64,000 bases of DNA from Eutreptiella sp. 'Long Island Sound 2002' (Eukaryota > Protista > Euglenida). Shown here one piece after another: positions 1-64,000 of this stretch. The first letter of the stretch is position 1. Each line of letters begins with the position of its first letter. The stretch is from NCBI GenBank assembly GCA_964036045.1, contig OZ038378.1:30070001-30134000 (forward strand). Direction: 5' to 3'. The translations under genes were made by a program, and so were the position numbers. The notes under the pieces are model-generated. The model saw nothing but the letters and a program-made list of their open reading frames with translations. It ran no database searches and was not told the DNA's origin.

Positions 1-401
1 GGATGCATCGTACTCCCCAGGTACTCGACCAGAGGTCCCCCAGCCGCCACCATAAGGGGGACGTCCTGGGAGACGAAAGTTTGGGCGTCGTATGACCCAA
101 TAACCGTGGCCGTGAGGCACAACCCCCGTGGAGTCAAGATAACCCCCATGGACGTAATGGCGGTGATCACCCCCACGCGCCGGGCCCAGCGAAGGGCGTC
201 CGGCACCTCCTGTGGGCGCCCTCGGGCGACCTCCGGGAGGGAATCCGCGGCGGCCTGTAGCAGCGCCTTGTCGCTGGCCACTGACCAGCTATCCCTCAGG
301 CGGCCGTGCGCCGCCGAGGACCCCTGCCGGATGGCATCCAGCAATGGGGAGTCCCGGTAGTCGGGTTCTCCGGGAAAAGCCAGGTCGACAGGGCCACTCA
401 T
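1..401 (-). CDS. Partial ORF running off the left window edge (MSGPVDLAFPGEPDYRDSPLLDAIRQG...VEYLGSTMH...), possibly the first ORF of a retroelement whose 5' region is 402-4081
   Basis: I translated it by hand: ATG at 401-399, 133 codons with no stop to the window edge, protein-like composition. It is absent from the supplied ORF track because it has no stop inside the window. No domain recognised. Confidence 0.45.
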   Translation of the reverse strand, partial: MSGPVDLAFPGEPDYRDSPLLDAIRQGSSAAHGRLRDSWSVASDKALLQAAADSLPEVARGRPQEVPDALRWARRVGVITAITSMGVILTPRGLCLTATVIGSYDAQTFVSQDVPLMVAAGGPLVEYLGSTMH

Positions 402-505
402 TTTGCGTTCTCTGTGTCCTGCAAAGACGGGGGTACCTCAGCACCCCGCACCCCTCCCTCCGCGATGGAGGGCGGCAGGACAGAACGCAGGTTGGGAGTG
501 CCCTC

Positions 506-2741
506 AAAACCCCCCACGGGGCGTCCCTATCCCTCCACGGCCCAGGCAGGGCCGGGGGGACTCGGGTGTAACCGCCGCTGTGTGGGGGAAGGCCCACTCC
601 GAGAGCCCCCAAACCCCCACGGGGCGTCCCTATCCCTCCGCGGCCCCGGCAAGACCGGAGGGACTCGAGTGTGCCCGCCGCTGTGTGGGTGGTGGACCTC
701 TCCGTGTGCCCAAAAACCCCCACAGGGCGTCCCTATCCCTCCGCGGTTCAGGCAGGACCGGAGGGACCCGGGTGTAACCGCCGCTGTGTGGGGAGGGACC
801 CCTCGCGTGCTTTCCTCAACCCTCGGGGCGCCCCTATCCCTCCGCGGTCTAGGCGGGACCGGAGGGACTAGGGTGTGACCGCCGTTGTGTGGGGGAGGGA
901 CCCCTCCGTGTGCCCTCAAAACCCCCACGGGGCGTCCCTATCCCCGCGCGGCCCAGGCAGGACCGGAGGTACTCGGGTGTAAACGCCGCTGTGTGGGGGA
1001 GGGACCTCCCCGTGTGCCCCCCACACCCCCACGGGGCGTCCCTATCCCTCCGCGGCCCAGGCAGGACCGGAGGGACTCGGGTGTAACCGCCGCTGTGTGG
1101 GGGGAGACTTCCCCGCGTGTCCCTAAACCCCCACAGGGCGTCCCTATCCCCCCGCGGCCCAGGCAGGACCGGAGGGACTCGGGTGTAGCCGCCGCTGTGT
1201 GGGGGAAGGACCTCTCCGTGTGCCCCCAGACCCCCACAGGGCGTCCCTATCCCTCCGCGGCCCAGGCCGGACCGGAAGGACTTGGGTGTAACCGCCGCTG
1301 TGTGGGGGAGGGACCTCCCCGTGTGCCCCCGAACCCCCACGGGGCGTCCCTATCCCTCCGCGGCCCCGTCAGGACCGGAGGGACTCGGGTGTAACCGCCG
1401 CTGTGCGAGGGGGGACCTTCCCGTGTGTCCCCAAACCCCCACGGGGCGTCATTATCCCTCCGCGGCCCAAGCAGGACCGGAAGGACTCGGGTGTAACCGC
1501 CGCTGCGCGGGGGGAGACCTCTCCGTGTGCCTCCGAACCCCCCACGGGGCGTCCCTATCCCTCCACGGCCCAGGCAGGACCGGAGGGACTCGGGTGTAGC
1601 CGCCGCTGTGTGGGGGAGGAACCTCTTCGTGCGCCCCCAAACCCCCACGGGGCGTCCCTATCCCTCCGCGACCCAGGCAGGACCGGAGAGACTCGGGTGT
1701 AACCGCCGCTGTGTGGGGAGGGACTCTTTCGCGTGCCCCCATACCCCCACGGGGCGTCCCTATCCCTCCGCGGCCCAGGCAGGACCGGAGGGGCTCGGGT
1801 GTAACCGCCGCTGTGTGGGGGAGGGACCTCCTCGTGTGCCCCCAAACCCCCACGGGGCGTCCCTATCCCTCCGCGGCCCATGCAGGACCGGAGGGACTCG
1901 GGTGTAACCGCCGTTGTGTGGGGAGGGACTCATTCGCGTGCCCCCATACCCCCACGGGGCGTCCCTATCCCCGCGCGGCCCAGGCAGGACCGGAGGGGCT
2001 CGGGTGTAACCGCCGCTGTGTGGGGGAGGGACCTCCTCGTGTGCCCCCAAACCCCCACGGGGCGTCCCTATCCCTCCGCGGCCCAGGCAGGACCGGAGGG
2101 GCTCGGGTGTAACCGCCGCTGTGTGGGGAGGGACTCATTCGCGTGCCCCCATACCCCCACGGGGCGTCCCTATCCCTCCGCGGCCCAGGCAGGACCGGAG
2201 GGGCTCGGGTGTCACCGCCGCTGTGTGGGGGAGGGAACTCTTCGTGTGTCCTCAAACCCCCACGGGGCGTCCCTATCCCTCCGCGGCCCAGGCAGGACCG
2301 GAGGGACTCGGGTGTAACCGCTGCTGTGTGGGGGAGGGACCTCTCCACGTGCCCCCAAACCCCCACGGGGCGTCCCTATCCCTCCGCGGCCCAGGCAGGA
2401 CCGGAGGGACTCGGGTGTAACCGCCGCTGTGTGGGGGGGGGGGACTTCATCGTGCGCCCCCAAACCCCCACGGGGCGTCCCTATCCCTCCGCGGCCCAGG
2501 CAGGACCGGAGAGACTCGGGTGTAACCGCCGCTGTGTGGGGAGGGACTCATTCGCGTGCCCCCATACCCCCACGGGGCGTCCCTATCCCTCCGCGGCCCA
2601 TGCAGGACCGGAGGGACTCGGGTGTAGCCGCCGCTGTGTGGGGGAGGGACCTCTCCACGTGCCCCCAAACCCCCTGGGGGCGTCCCTATCCCTCCGCGGC
2701 CCAGGCAGGACCGGAGGGACTCGGGTGTAACCGCCGCTGTG
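506..2741. repeat. Tandem array of 22 units of ~103 bp (AAACCCCCACGGGGCGTCCCTATCCCTCCGCGGCCCAGGCAGGACCGGAGGGACTCGGGTGTAACCGCCGCTGTGTGGGGGAGGGACCTCTCCGTGTGCCCCC)
   Basis: Unit starts read directly at ~506, 611, 714, 818, 918, 1022 ... 2564, 2667. The last unit is partial. The many overlapping Pro/Gly/Arg ORFs here are by-products of the repeat. Confidence 0.97.
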
Positions 2742-2879
2742 TGGCGTCTAGCTTTTTCGCCTGACACCATTCATGCGCTTGCTGTCCATTTTTTTTTCTT
2801 CTTGCCCACTGGCTTCCAGCTGCCTCACGTGGGCCGCACTCTCGCAGCCCCAGTCATGCTTCGGCTGTTCAACACGTGA

Positions 2880-3470
2880 CGACGTGTCGAGCCTGTGGCT
2901 CAAGGGCGCTACGGCGCCCTGCTTTTTCTTTTCTTGACTGTTCCGTGTGGGGGTTGGGGGGGGGGGGGTAGTCCTACCCCGTTCCTATCTCTTAGCAGCA
3001 GCAGGCAAGTAAGCAGGCAGTACCGGAGGTCATAACCCCGGGGTAACAGTAGCAGGGACTCAACGTGAGTCCTCTTAACTACGAACAACCCCAAATTCCG
3101 CCGGGGCTTAACTCCCGAACGAAACGGTATTTGGGGCCCCCGCGGGCCTTATAAGCCCGCGGAGTGTGCTGAGGCGTGGCTACCAGCACTTAAGCTGGCT
3201 TGTCATACCCGTTAGGGCTCGCCTCAGCACGGCCGGTCGAGTCCGGCTCTGGGGGGTGCGCACTAAACTGGCCCCGGGGGGGGGGCATTTACCCGTTAGC
3301 ATTAGTTATAGCAGTATGCACTATTTGTTACGTTAAGTTTTTACTCAGCGCTTGTTTTACCCCGCAGACATGCCCCTTCCAGTGGTGCGCTCACCTTAGG
3401 GGCTGCCTTTGGGGGGCCCGGGGCTTTTACCCGGACCTCCGGCCCTCCCTGGTTGTTGGCCGGAGGCGTA
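2880..3470 (+). ncRNA. Hairpin-dense, putatively structured noncoding block of unknown family
   Basis: Stems seen directly: AGGGCGC/GCGCCCT (~2902-2920), GGGGTAG/CTACCCC (~2964-2980), GGACTCA/TGAGTCC (~3056-3072), CCGCGGGC/GCCCGCGG (3139-3162), GTGCTGAGGCG/CGCCTCAGCAC (~3166-3230, enclosing two sub-hairpins), a long stem 3255-3290 with 3369-3396, and CCTCCGGCC/GGCCGGAGG (3436-3466). Wobble pairs favour the plus strand. Confidence 0.4.
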
Positions 3471-3534
3471 CATTATACAATACTGTGGTTCTTTCATTGA
3501 CGTACATACTTTACTTGATACCTACACATCTGGG

Positions 3535-4081
3535 GCCCGGGGGGGATGGCGCCCCCCCTCGTTTCCATCGTAGTAACAGCTCAGCGCCAGGAGGGGATGG
3601 CGCCCCCCCATGGCACAACGACCGGGGGGCCTCCCCTTGGTTCACGTGTCCGACGAACTGGTAACGCCGCAGGGCGTCACAGTCCTGAGAAATCGGGGGG
3701 GCCTCCCCTTATTTCAAATTCCAACAAATTCCAACATTCCGTGCGGCCGCCCCAAGTGGGATACCCGGCATGGGGGGCTCGGGGGGGCCTCCCCTTACTT
3801 CAGAATTGTATCGGTTGGGTCGTGGCGCTCCACCCTCACAGAGCGGAGGACCTGGGGCCGGGGGACCACCCCATATATCATGACATCATTACATAACTCC
3901 ATACTGATCCAGTCCATGTAAGCCAAAGACCGGGGACCGGGGGACCTCCCCTTATTTCAGTAACACAGCTCACACCACGGGCCCGGGGGGCCTCCCCTTA
4001 CATCATTCCGTAACTCCACGTATCGGGTCCGCCGCCCCGCACGGGCACCAGAACAGCGACGGGGGGCCTCCCCTTGTTTCA
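3535..4081. repeat. Array of a ~23-nt palindromic repeat (CGGGGGGCCTCCCCTTATTTCA) separated by non-identical spacers
   Basis: Copies at ~3622, 3693, 3779, 3858 (degenerate), 3938, 3983 and 4060, plus two variant copies (GGGGATGGCGCCCCCCC) at ~3541 and ~3593. Spacers are about 22-62 nt. Confidence 0.85.
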
Positions 4082-4197
4082 CAGCACCTCCTGGGGAGCC
4101 AGGCGTAGAGGAAGAAGACAGGAGCCATTACCCCGGCGCAGAAAGCACCGTAGCGGCAGGTTCTGGCCCATTCCTCCGCCCCGACGCTGTCCCCCCT

Positions 4198-57751
<53,554 letters not shown>

Positions 57752-59679
57752 CTGTGGGCCGTGTCCGTGCCCAACTTGAAGGCATGACACATTATTGGGG
57801 CTCCATGCAGAGCCAGCTCAAGATGCAGAGATGCAAATCGATTGCATCACCATCATGGGCTGCAGGCAACAAAGTACAAATAGAAGGTTAGAGGCAATTG
57901 CATATGCAAACACCTAAGTTGGCCTAATACCGCCCCATTCCACCCCTGTGTAAGTCTGGCCCAATTCAAGACTAACAAAGGTGTGATGTCATAACGTGGT
58001 GTGCCAAAACGGGTGGGAAGATGTTCAACATGGGCTACAGACACTTGTTTAAGCATCAAGTGGCTTGGGATTAAGTCTGAAAAATGTCATTTCTGATCAA
58101 CTGCGGGCCATTTTGGCCCTCTCATGTGGACATGCACAAGATTTCAGATGCTCCCCTCAGCCCCTCAAGCACATTGTGCTTTTGCCCGCAAAAAAGTGCT
58201 CAGATGAATGCCCACCCCACAGGCCAGGTCTGGTAAAAGTGCAGAAACACGGGGTCACAGTGTTTGGACAAGCGGGTGTTTGCGTGCGGCCCATACCACT
58301 GAACACATGTTGCAAACATAAGCAACCCTACCCCTCAAAACACAACAATACAAGACATTTATTGTCATCTGGGAGGAGGTAGTGATTGCTTGGGTGACTG
58401 AATTGTCCCAGGATACAAAGAGTCAGAGTTCAGATCATTTTTGCACAGATGTAAATTGCACTTGGAAAAGGCAAGGTCCACACGGAACGAACAATTTTGT
58501 CCCTAAAAAATATGGTCCGAACGGGAGTGTTCGTTGGAGACAGTGTTCGGTGCACGCGACAATGTTGTGGCGGTAACACATCCTTTTGCGCAAGACACCC
58601 AGCCCGTTCAAAGCACAATACGATGGAGGCCTCCAATTAGCACTTTTCAGAGTAGAAGCCCTTGCGGTCCCACATCATGAGGAAAAGTCGAACATTCTCA
58701 CCGGCTTTTCTTGTTCTTGGCACGGGCGGAAGCAGCAGCCCGATCCCGCTCAAGCACCTTTGGGACGGACAGATTTGATGGGACAGCATAGTCCTCCATC
58801 AACTCACGGGTTAGGTAGAAGGTTTCTCAAAAACATGGCACAAGCCCCACACCCCACGCCCTGCCTTGGCCCAAATCACGTCTCACTCCTCATCAGTGTC
58901 ACTATCAGAGTCATCGACACAACTACTATCATCGAAGACGAGGGTTGCGGTGTCTCGCAAGGGCGCAAGAGCGCAAGGGGAACTGCACAGCACTGAGAGG
59001 GGCTGATGGATTCTCATAATCACGCCCAACTCTGGTATACTTCAGGCGTACAAGCTCTTCTCCTTGCGTGGAAGAGCCAAGATTTGTTGCTTGTACAAGC
59101 TCACCAGTGCGGTACCTCTTGATATAGCTAGGTGCAAGCAAAGAATTAGTCAATGGTGGGCAATAGAGGTCCTATAGTTGATTGAGGGACACCATTCCCT
59201 CACAACCTGCTTTACAAATTTGCTCACCATTACCGCAAGATACATCACAACAACCCCTAATTTCCGCAAACCTTTAGCTTGAAATCGCGGTTTCGGAGCA
59301 CAGTACCAAATCAAGTACCTAATTAATTAGGTCCTCAAAAATTACAATGGAAGTGTTTGTTGGACAACAGTGTTCGGGTGATCAATGGTCGGTACTATTG
59401 ATTGAGTGTCCACGCCATAGACACTTTCAGCCCTTAGTTCGATTCTGTGAATGTGATAACAACACAAAGCCGTGTCCCCTTCTTGGTTGGGGTGCTCCAC
59501 TTTTCTACGTACACGGTTATGTACAGCCATGGGATTACTGACGTTAGTAGGTCTCTCTGCGGTAAGCCCCAGTCAGTCTGTCATGAAACTGATCGCAACC
59601 CAATCCGCTTTTTTTTCGGCATTGGGGTGACTAAATGGTACCATACGCTCACTTCCCGGGCTGCATAGCATGGCACTCC

Positions 59680-62600
59680 TTCAGCCTGATCTAGGTCGTG
59701 GCTGGTTAGTTTCAATCAAGCAAAACATACAGATGAGGGTTGATGTGGGTGGGGCCAGAAGGCAGTGGGGTGGTATTAATCTGCTGCATTCGGTTGAGTA
59801 GGAGGCACCATTGCTGGAGTCATAGGATTCCGTGCTGTCGGTGCTTGAAGCGTCACTGTCGCTTTGTGTGGTTCCTTGAGTGTCCGAAAAGTTGTCAAAC
59901 ATTAGTGACATACTAATTGCTCAGAGTGCTTCTTGTGTCTTTGGCGAGGCCAGTTGTAGGTGCAATTTATCTGGTGGGAAAAGTAGTCATGTTGGCGGGA
60001 GCGGTGAGACTTCGAGTGAGGAAATCCTAGGGCGTTTGGGGCCCTTAGACGTTGAAACGAGGTTAGAGATGGAAATGGGGGTGTGCCGCCGAGGGTAGCG
60101 TGGACACATATGCCTGCCTTGTTCCGCCAGGCAGGCTGCTTCATGGTTACCTTCTACGGTGACATGGGAGGGGACTTTAACTATGTGCACCGCATGCATG
60201 GGCCTCTCCAGCCCGGCGAGCAACAGTTCCTGGAGCGGTACATTGGAGACGGGGCCGGACCAGCCAACCCACCCTAGATTTTCTAGCAGCGGGCTGCCCC
60301 TGGGATGACATTCGGTGAATCCGTGCAAATTGCTACCTCTCCCACAGTGAAGATTGGTGAAGCGCAATAGGCGGCGAGCAGTTCTGCTGAGTTATTTGTT
60401 TGTTGATATTCATCCGGCACAAAAGCCGCAATGCTGACACGTGCATCATAGTAAATGACATATCCTGTAAACCTGCCCCTCCCCTCTTCCACTGTTCAGG
60501 ACGGAAGACGAGGGGGACCTGTTGCTCTGTGAAACTGGACAACACTTCTTGTATTTTTTCCACCCTCCATGGCTTGCGTAGTTGACGGGCATTGGCTTTG
60601 ATTTGTCTTTGGAGGGGGGGGTGTCGGTGGGACGTTAGCAAAACTTGGTGGGGGCCATGAAGCGACAGATACTTGGCTACCGAACGCCCCCGCAACACAG
60701 GCCAGCGGTCATCGTATGTTCAGTTGCACTGCAGCACTCCAAACCAGTGCTGAATGTTGCCTTGATTTCTCCTGCCGGCTATTGAATGTTTCTTAGGCTG
60801 GTTTGGGTCAGCTTCGAGGCCAAGGTCACTCCAAATGTCCCCGACCTCACTTCTCGAAATGCCAGTCTGGCCCCTTTTGCCGCCCCTAAATCAGCCCGCA
60901 CATTCCCCTGCACACCCACATGGGAGGGGACCCACTATACCGTCACACTATCCCCGAGTAACTGCCACCTGTGCCACAATTCTGTCTGCAGCGCCACATG
61001 CGCCAACGGCCCCCGTGAGCCCACCCACCCCTGTCGCTCCCACTTTGCACATTTACCCCTCAGCCCCAGGAAAACCAACTCACCGTCAGTAACAAGATGT
61101 AAATTCACCCTTGGCTGCTTTTTGTCCAGCGCCAACAGAGCTGCTCGCAATTCTGCCCTGGTTATGGATTGTTTCTCCTGCGGTGGAACTGGTTTCTCTT
61201 CATTGCGGGGATCTTGTTTGCCAAACCCGACCGCAAACCTTGCATGCAACAATCCCGCTATTTCGCTGTGGGACCCATTACAGAAGGCCGCTGTGCTGCC
61301 ACTTCACACTCTTAGGCACAGCTGGCAACTTGGGCTGCATTGCTGCCCCCAACGGCATCTGCATGCCCAACGGGAACATGGCCTGTCCTTGCAAGAAAGC
61401 GAGCAAATTACTCCGAAGATAGGAGCCATCTTCGCGATACAACAACATTTCTTCAGCACACACCCACTGCTGCAGAGCCCCTGCCCGGCGTTGCACGAAT
61501 TCAGGCAATGTATGCTGCACTCCTCTGAACACCACATCACACCGCAACACCCAAGAGGCCCGTACCGCAGCTCATAGTGTTAGACCCCGGGTTGAGGACA
61601 GAAAAAGTTGCGGATGTGTAAGCAACAGCAGTTGCAGCGCCAAGCCCCCCCCCCCCGTGTCATCCCTCACTGGTCCAAACACTTTTAGTATGGTATCAGC
61701 TGCAAAGGGGAGGTACTTGCACGCCCGCAACACATGTGACACGGTTTCAAGACACCCACAAATGGCGCAACTAGGCCACCGAAAAACCCACTGCGTGCGT
61801 GCACCCACCACCAACTTTTTCCACAGCGCCTTGCGCATGAAATCACGCTAAATCCCTAGGGCTCGTGTTTGGTGAAAAGCCATCCACGTGTTTGGTTGTT
61901 GTCTAATTTTTGGCTGGGGTAAAGGCGAAAAAAAGCGTAAAAGCTGATATGGGGTGGGTGACCCAAACGAAAGGTACATCCCGCGGCGCCGGCGCCACAA
62001 CTCGTGGCACTAGCCGCTTGTAACCCCCCCCCCACTGAGGAGGCAGGTGTTGCAGCACATCAGCGGACAACTACCGTTGCTCATTCAAGACATGCCCCAA
62101 CACAATCTTTTCTTTCCTAACCAAAAATGGGGAATAGTAGGTGTGGAATGACAAATTGCGGAAGGACACATTCTGCCACAACGACATGCCATGTGGCAGC
62201 GCTGTTACCGGCGGGACCGGCATCTTCCCGAGTTTAGAGAATGTAGCGTAGGCCTGTTGCAATAATGAGGTCTTTGCCCCTCGCACCCTATCTCGCACCA
62301 CCCCCAACTGCATATATGGAAGGAAGGCTGGCAACAACGACAGCCCTATGGAACTTGCCCAATGACGACGGCTTTGGGCCCACGGCCCCTACACCCTGTG
62401 CGCTTCGCACAGAAAGATAATCCACAGCTGCGAGAACATGCACTGGCACCACACCGCCAAAGGGTACGTGTTGAGCCCCCCTTCTTGTAGCGGGGCTACC
62501 ACCATTGCTGGGGACAACGTCCAAGAATGCAACCCCAGCGCTATACGATACACCAGATTCATCGAGGCCAAAACCCCTTTTGTTGGCTGATACACCCTTG

Positions 62601-64000
62601 CCGTCAGCCACACCACTGGCTGGATCCAGAACTTGAAGACAGATGCCTTTTCAGCATCATCCAGGGCCAATGTTTTTCAGAAGGTTGCCCTGGCCTTCAC
62701 CTTGGCTATGGTTGGTGCATGCAAATGCCTGCTTCGCTGTACAATTGCCCAGGCATAACCCCAGGTGTCTGAAACGATCCACGACCGTAAACCCGGCCAC
62801 CTGTTGGGGCCGTGCTCCTAACGCTCGAACAACCGCATTCGACTTTTTGTGGTTGATCCGCAGCCCTAAATAGAACCCAAACCGTTGGATTTGCCGCCAC
62901 CTCACGCAGGGTTTTCTCAGCCACCTGCAGTCGCCCCGGCACATAGACCTACACGTCATCTGCATACAGCAGCAACTCTATACTAGGAAAGCGAGGTGCA
63001 CCAAGTAAATGAGGAATATTGTCAGCAAAGAAAAAACTGCTGGGGAGAGGGCATCACCCTGTTGTTTTCCCGAATCCGGTGTCATTTCTACCCCGGACAC
63101 GTACCCCTGATCAACGCAGAAGAATACTCCCCCCTTGAGCGCACTAACCAACAGTTGCACATACATCTCTAGCAGTCTGGAGTACTGGTGAGGGTCGGGG
63201 TGGGGGGTTGTTGCCGATGCGAGAGATCCCAAAATTCCACAAATGGGGAACCGGCTCGGACACATTTTCCTACAATGAGGTTGCCTCTCCATTTATGGCA
63301 GAAGGACTCCCACGTAACCGACAAAGTAAGTGTCTTTTTTTTGGGGCATTGCAGGGTCAAAATGATGCATACAACGGGCCATCCCAACATACTCACTGGT
63401 GTCGCCAATGAATCGGCCACTTCGCTTTGAAGTAGTTTCTAGGGTGAAAAAGGCAGGGACCCCGTTGAGTGAAAGGCTGTGTCGATGACTTCAAAGGTGT
63501 CAAAGAGAAAGTGGCAATGGGGCAAAGAGGGAGACGGTCTACACCTCATTGTCCATCACGCACCAAACCTCCAGTGGTTTCCATGCCTTCTGACGCTGTC
63601 CAAATGGGAAGCGGGCCCGGAGTGCCCGGTGAATGAAATCTTTTTGTAAGGGTGGTAAATTCAATTTGTGGAAAAGTTGCTAGACCTCATCCGGCGGGCA
63701 TAGCTTCGGTTATAGTGGTTGAGAAAGCATATGTGCTACTAATCCTCGAGTCTAGTTAAGCAAAATATTTGGTTCTGGTGAAGGCTATGATGGCGGGGTG
63801 TGTAGGGGTTCCGTGAGCTGTGTGGAGCGGGGAGCATGCAATCAGCGCTTTTTGTAGATGGGCTCCGACATAGGAGCCACTTGTGAAAAAGGCGGTTCCT
63901 CCTCCAAGATTTGGCCCAATGTGAAGACGCCCATTTTAATTAGCCGAGGGGCAAAATAGCTTTGGTTGTGTTGATTGCCAAAAATTGTTGAGTGCTAGAG
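59680..64000 (-). mobile_element. Decayed L1/Tx1-like LINE: RT, CCHC finger, two RNase H domains and an acidic Ser-rich tail; runs off the right edge
   Basis: RT: GTPGP, CPIA, QQGDALSP, LLLYADD-like, RFRHLG, PLQEGGL. Zn finger CAICGCLETVSHVLRAC (~61730-61780). RNase H 1 (~60880-61290): CNGS, ITRAELRAA, LVTDG, WVPSHVGVQGNVRAD. RNase H 2 (~60110-60520): QTNNSAELLAA, AICTDS, KVPSHVTVEGNHEA. Confidence 0.88.

Noticed and set aside
1-60. YLG as RT motif 7 in the left-edge ORF
   Set aside because: It lies ~125 aa from the start codon with no upstream QG or DD motifs in register.
506-2741. CRISPR array or satellite ribozyme in the 103-bp repeat
   Set aside because: The variable segment is only a point-variant of one sequence, not unique spacers. 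There is no hammerhead CUGANGA/GAAA core, and the TAA...GTCCC resemblance to twister lacks the AAGC loop and closing strands.
3535-4081. Annotation as a true CRISPR array
   Set aside because: Eukaryotic context, no cas genes, irregular spacer lengths, and some spacers related to each other. Kept only as an architectural finding.

Overview
Eukaryotic, GC-rich, repeat-laden genomic DNA. A euglenid or other euglenozoan origin is my impression from sequence style and is not verified. One large minus-strand host gene crosses almost the whole window: at least 13 exons from 57751 down to 4198, about 1940 codons. All 12 introns are GT-AG and their phases match. It encodes an uncharacterised Glu/Arg-rich helical and Ser/Pro-rich protein with an IQ-like motif. 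Its introns are filled with mobile DNA. The 15-kb intron (10043-25021) holds three related non-LTR elements, each abutting (CCCT)n/(GGGA)n tracts. These are a nearly intact ~10.3-kb LINE with one ORF1-like+APE+RT+RNase H+Zn-finger frame broken by a single TGA, an ORF1-only internal-deletion copy, and a ~400-bp SINE-like derivative that shares the 5' signature and 3' end. Also present: an 860-bp hAT-type non-autonomous element with TIRs and TSD, a CGGBP1-like hAT remnant, a tRNA-derived SINE-like element, several decayed APE/RT LINE fragments, and a decayed L1-like element with two tandem RNase H domains running off the right end. Past the gene's 3' end (1-4081) lies an unexplained noncoding complex: a palindromic repeat/variable-spacer array, a hairpin-dense RNA-like block, 22 copies of a ~103-bp hairpin unit, and an ORF running off the left end. 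There is a 200-N assembly gap at 21582-21781. No rRNA, intact tRNA or cas genes were seen.
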